Under the pieces are notes generated by a model. The model was not told the origin of the DNA. It saw only the letters and a program-made list of their open reading frames with translations, and ran no database searches. Shown piece by piece: positions 29,145 to 32,000 of a DNA stretch of 32,000 nt (positions within the stretch are counted from its first letter, which is position 1; each line of letters begins with the position of its first letter). Location of the stretch: assembly GCF_000265365.1 (NCBI RefSeq), contig NC_018011.1:2279319-2311318 (forward strand), given 5' to 3'. The translations under genes were made by a program, and so were the position numbers. The DNA is from Alistipes finegoldii DSM 17242. Lineage in GTDB: Bacteria > Bacteroidota > Bacteroidia > Bacteroidales > Rikenellaceae.

Positions 29145-30341
29145 TTATTTCCGGTTGTTGTACGCTTCGAGCGCCTTGCCCAGAATGAGCAGCGAGCGTT
29201 CGAGGTCCTCTTTCTTGAGGACATAGGCGATGCGGACCTCGTTGCGGCCGCGGGTCGGGTCGGAGTAGAAGCCCGAAGCCGGGGCGAGCATGACGGTCTC
29301 TCCCTCGTATTCGAAATCCGAAAGACACCATGCGCAGAAGTCGTCGCTGTCTTCGACCGGGAGCCGCGCCACGGTGTAGAAGGCGCCCATCGGAATCGGC
29401 GAATAAACGCCCGGAATGCGGTTGAGACCGTCGATCAGGCATTTGCGGCGTTCGATATACTCTTCGTAGACTTCGGTGCTGTAGGAGCGCGGAGCGTCGA
29501 TCGAAGCTTCGGCGACGATCTGGCCGATCAGCGGCGGCGAGAGCCGCGCCTGACAGAATTTCATCACCGCGTCGCGCAGTTTTTTGTTCTTGGTGATGAG
29601 CGCGCCGATGCGGATGCCGCATTCGGAGTAGCGTTTCGACACCGAGTCGATCAGCACGACGTTCTGTTCGACGCCTTCGAGGTGGCAGGCCGAAATATAG
29701 GGCGAACCGGTATAGATGAACTCGCGGTAAACCTCGTCGGAGAAGAGGAAAAGATCGTATTTCTTCACCAGATCGCGGATGCGCTCCATCTCCTTGCGGG
29801 TGTAGAGGTAGCCCGTGGGGTTGTTGGGGTTGCAGATCAGGATGCCGCGCGTGCGCTCGTTGATCAGTTTTTCGAACTCCGCGACGTCGGGCAGCGCAAA
29901 ACCCTGTTCGATCGACGAGACGACCGGACGGATCACGGCGCCCGCCGAGATGGCGAAAGCCATATAGTTGGCGTAGGCCGGTTCGGGCACGATGATTTCG
30001 TCGCCGGGGTTCAGGCACGACATGAAGGCGAACAACACCGCTTCGGAACCTCCCGTGGTGACGATGATCTCTTCGGGCGAAAGTTTGATCTGGTATTGTT
30101 GGTAGTAGCCCGCCAGCTTTTCGCGGAGCGACCGGTAACCGTCGCTGGGGCTGTATTCGAGTACGTTGCGGTCGATCTTCTTCAACGCTGCGAGTCCCGT
30201 CTGGGGCGACGGCAGATCGGGCTGGCCGATGTTGAGGTGGTAGATTCTGATTCCCCGCGACCGGGCGGCTTCCGCCAGCGGAACGAGTTTGCGTATCGGA
30301 GATGCCGGCATCAGCTCGGCGCGTTGTGAGATTTCGGGCAT
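29145..30341 (-). CDS. pyridoxal-phosphate-dependent aminotransferase, class I (aspartate/aromatic aminotransferase-like)
   Basis: MPASPIRKL..., NIGQPDLP, NPNNPTG, and SVSKRYSECGIRIGALI (PLP-lysine motif SxSKxxxxxGxRxG). Confidence 0.9.
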   Translation of the reverse strand: MPEISQRAELMPASPIRKLVPLAEAARSRGIRIYHLNIGQPDLPSPQTGLAALKKIDRNVLEYSPSDGYRSLREKLAGYYQQYQIKLSPEEIIVTTGGSEAVLFAFMSCLNPGDEIIVPEPAYANYMAFAISAGAVIRPVVSSIEQGFALPDVAEFEKLINERTRGILICNPNNPTGYLYTRKEMERIRDLVKKYDLFLFSDEVYREFIYTGSPYISACHLEGVEQNVVLIDSVSKRYSECGIRIGALITKNKKLRDAVMKFCQARLSPPLIGQIVAEASIDAPRSYSTEVYEEYIERRKCLIDGLNRIPGVYSPIPMGAFYTVARLPVEDSDDFCAWCLSDFEYEGETVMLAPASGFYSDPTRGRNEVRIAYVLKKEDLERSLLILGKALEAYNNRK

Positions 30342-30371
30342 GCGTAAAAAGGTTTTGAATGGCGCAGCAGA

Positions 30372-30632
30372 CTATTCAAGCTCGATCGTCGGACGGAATT
30401 TGACGGCCTTGCGGGGCGGGATCTTCACGGCCGCACCCGTGCGGGGATTGCGGCCTACGCGCGCGGCTTTCTGCTGCACGCTGAACGTTCCGAGACCCGT
30501 GAGGGTAAGACGCTCCCCTTCGCGGAGCGACTGTACGGTCACCCGGATAATGGCATCGACGGCTTTGCGCGCGTCGATTTTCGAAATGTTCGCATCGAGA
30601 GCGATAGCCTCGACCAACTGCGCTTTGTTCAT
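30372..30632 (-). CDS. hup: HU family DNA-binding protein
   Basis: MNKAQLVEAIA...GFGTFSV-type core (LTGLGTFSVQQKAARVGRNPRTGAAVKIPPRKAVKFRP), 86 aa. It lies 30 nt upstream of the aminotransferase gene with no terminator between them. Confidence 0.93.
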   Translation of the reverse strand: MNKAQLVEAIALDANISKIDARKAVDAIIRVTVQSLREGERLTLTGLGTFSVQQKAARVGRNPRTGAAVKIPPRKAVKFRPTIELE

Positions 30633-30675
30633 ATTATTTGCGTGTGAAAAGTTGCGTCTCTTCCTAACCTATTGG

Positions 30676-30683
30676 CAAAGATA
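30676..30683 (-). promoter_or_regulatory. -7 box TATCTTTG for the HU-aminotransferase unit
   Basis: The plus strand reads caaagata, an exact TAnnTTTG on the minus strand, 44 nt upstream of the HU ATG. Confidence 0.5.
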
Positions 30684-30787
30684 TGCAATTTTCCTAAAAG
30701 TCAAAAATTATAGTGCGGAATTGGAACTTTGCCGCCCTCCGTCGGGAATAAACGGGATAAAGATTTGGCAGAATGGAAAATCCGTGC

Positions 30788-30795
30788 TACTTTTG
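30788..30795 (+). promoter_or_regulatory. -7 box TACTTTTG for tRNA-Ser
   Basis: Exact TAnnTTTG, ending 6 nt before the mature tRNA 5' end. Confidence 0.55.
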
Positions 30796-30800
30796 TCTCC

Positions 30801-30888
30801 GGAAAGATGGCAGAGTGGTCGATTGCGGCGGTCTTGAAAACCGTTGAGCTGCGAGGCTCCGGGGGTTCGAATCCCTCTCTTTCCGCCA
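30801..30888 (+). tRNA. tRNA-Ser (anticodon TGA), class II, with CCA encoded
   Basis: GGAAAGA TG GCAGAGTGGTCGATTGC GGCGGT CTTGAAA ACCGTT GAGCTGCGAGGCTCC GGGGG TTCGAAT CCCTC TCTTTCC G CCA. Confidence 0.92.
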
Positions 30889-30891
30889 AGG

Positions 30892-30923
30892 AAGAGTGCA
30901 ACATTTAGGTTGCACTCTTTTTT
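30892..30923 (+). terminator. intrinsic terminator after tRNA-Ser
   Basis: aagagtgcaac / atttag / gttgcactctt forms an 11-bp stem running into tttttt. Confidence 0.8.
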
Positions 30924-30951
30924 ATATGTTTCAATTCGGAAGGGAGGGGAT

Positions 30952-30980
30952 GAACAAGCCCCGGATTCCGGGGCTTGTTC
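30952..30980. terminator. GC-rich hairpin just past the helicase stop codon (no clear U-tract)
   Basis: gaacaagccccgg / att / ccggggcttgttc forms a perfect 13-bp stem, 9 nt from the stop at 30989. Confidence 0.45.
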
Positions 30981-30988
30981 TATTGCGC

Positions 30989-32000
30989 TTATTTGCGTTT
31001 CTTGCCTTTGGCGGCGATTCGCTGGGCTGCCGTGACGGTCCGTTTGGGTGTCTTGCGGACGCTTTTGGTGCCCTTGCCTTTGCCGTTCTCGTCGCGGCCC
31101 CATGCCGTGCCGTCGTCGAATTTCATGAAGGCCGACCAGTCGAAGCCTTCGTTCGACATTTTGCTGAAATCGGGGATTTCCGGACGGGGTTCGGTTTGGA
31201 TCTTGGTTTTGAGCTTGCGGCGCGGCGCGGCGGATTCGTCGCCGGCGGCCGGGGCGGTTTGTGCCGGGGCGGCCGGTTTCTCCCTGCGGACGGATTTTTT
31301 CGGGGCCGGGGCGTATTCCTCTCCGCCGGCGTCGGCCGTTTTCGCGCGCCGGGGTTTGCGGGCTGCGGCTTCCTCGCCGTCGCGGGCGATTTCGGCTATC
31401 GGCCGGCGGCCCCGGTTCAGGCGGTTGAGCTTGCGGACGATCTCTTCGGCATCGTGGAACGGCACGCTCACGAACGAGAAGTTGTCCGAGATCTGGACGT
31501 CGTTGATGTATTTGTCGCGCAGGCCGCACTTGAACTTGAGCATATCGACCAGCTTGCGCGCCGTGTAGCCGTCGCGTCTGCCCACGGCGAGGAACAGCCG
31601 CGCCGTGCCTTTGCGGTCCACCGAGAACGAACGGATTTCGGGGTAGTTGCTCTGGTCGAGTTCGCTGCGGAACGCCAGACGCAATAGGGCGCCCAGCGCC
31701 ACGTCGGGCGTGTATTCGGCCAGCAGTTCTTCGGCGAACTCCCGGTATCCGTCGTAACTTTCGTTTTCGACGATCTCCTGCATCTCATCCTTGATCTTCA
31801 GCCGTTTCATCTCGACGATGTCCTGCGGCGAGGGGAGGGTTTCGCGCTTGATCTCGACCTTGATGTCGCGCATCAGGTTGTTCAGTCCCCGGAATTCGGA
31901 GGGCGAGACGAAGGTGATGGCTGTGCCCTGCTTGCCGGCGCGGCCCGTGCGGCCGATGCGGTGCACGTAGCTCTCGGAGTCCTGCGGCAGCGAGTAGTTG
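30989..32000 (-). CDS. DEAD-box ATP-dependent RNA helicase (DeaD/CsdA-like), C-terminal part; the gene runs off the right edge
   Basis: The reading frame is open to the window edge: [25 protein letters not shown] (motif VI), then a DbpA-type RNA-binding domain ([21 protein letters not shown]...[16 protein letters not shown]), then a ~150 aa Lys/Arg/Pro/Ala-rich tail ending KGKKRK. The track's M at 31966 is an internal GTG (Val). Confidence 0.9.
   Translation of the reverse strand, partial: NYSLPQDSESYVHRIGRTGRAGKQGTAITFVSPSEFRGLNNLMRDIKVEIKRETLPSPQDIVEMKRLKIKDEMQEIVENESYDGYREFAEELLAEYTPDVALGALLRLAFRSELDQSNYPEIRSFSVDRKGTARLFLAVGRRDGYTARKLVDMLKFKCGLRDKYINDVQISDNFSFVSVPFHDAEEIVRKLNRLNRGRRPIAEIARDGEEAAARKPRRAKTADAGGEEYAPAPKKSVRREKPAAPAQTAPAAGDESAAPRRKLKTKIQTEPRPEIPDFSKMSNEGFDWSAFMKFDDGTAWGRDENGKGKGTKSVRKTPKRTVTAAQRIAAKGKKRK

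Noticed and set aside
30708-31687. Arg/Pro/Gly-rich ORFs (30708-31529 on the minus strand; 30896-31687 and 30975-31568 on the plus strand) overlapping the helicase tail and tRNA-Ser.
   Set aside because: They are alternative frames of the GC-rich, low-complexity region that encodes the basic C-terminal tail of the DEAD-box helicase. One of them also crosses the tRNA-Ser gene.

Overview
This is a GC-rich chromosomal segment of Bacteroidota type. That placement is an inference from about 17 exact TAnnTTTG -7 promoter boxes, the near absence of Shine-Dalgarno sequences, the gene content and the gene order; an Alistipes/Rikenellaceae-like organism is only a guess. The centre (12.1-25.3 kb) is the conserved translation/transcription supercluster: tRNA-Thr(TGT), tRNA-Tyr(GTA), tRNA-Gly(TCC), tuf, tRNA-Trp, secE, nusG, rplK, rplA, rplJ, rplL, rpoB and rpoC. 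The left flank carries pyrD (partial), pdxB, an arginase-fold gene, nhaA, two FKBP isomerases, a GNAT, a DUF3127-like small protein, a tRNA(CAT), a secreted S1/P1 nuclease, L31 type B, a coiled-coil lipoprotein, an AraC regulator and a second GNAT. The right flank carries sdaA, tRNA-Arg(CCT), a FadL-family porin, a class-I aminotransferase, HU, tRNA-Ser(TGA) and a DEAD-box helicase (partial). I found no transposase, integrase, CRISPR array, phage genes or defence-type gene cluster, so I cannot honestly point to a multi-gene novel system. The most interesting items are single-locus oddities. They are a DUF3127-like protein built like a miniature SSB with a DDLPF tip, a possible decayed RHS/YD-repeat remnant after rpoC, and a tRNA(CAT) with an aberrant T-arm. 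The others are an all-purine, perfect-SD spacer before rplJ, a degenerate tandem repeat array, and several terminator/promoter/tRNA junction architectures. All calls come from reading the sequence and from remembered family motifs. No searches were run, and hairpin coordinates are hand-counted (about +/-2 nt).
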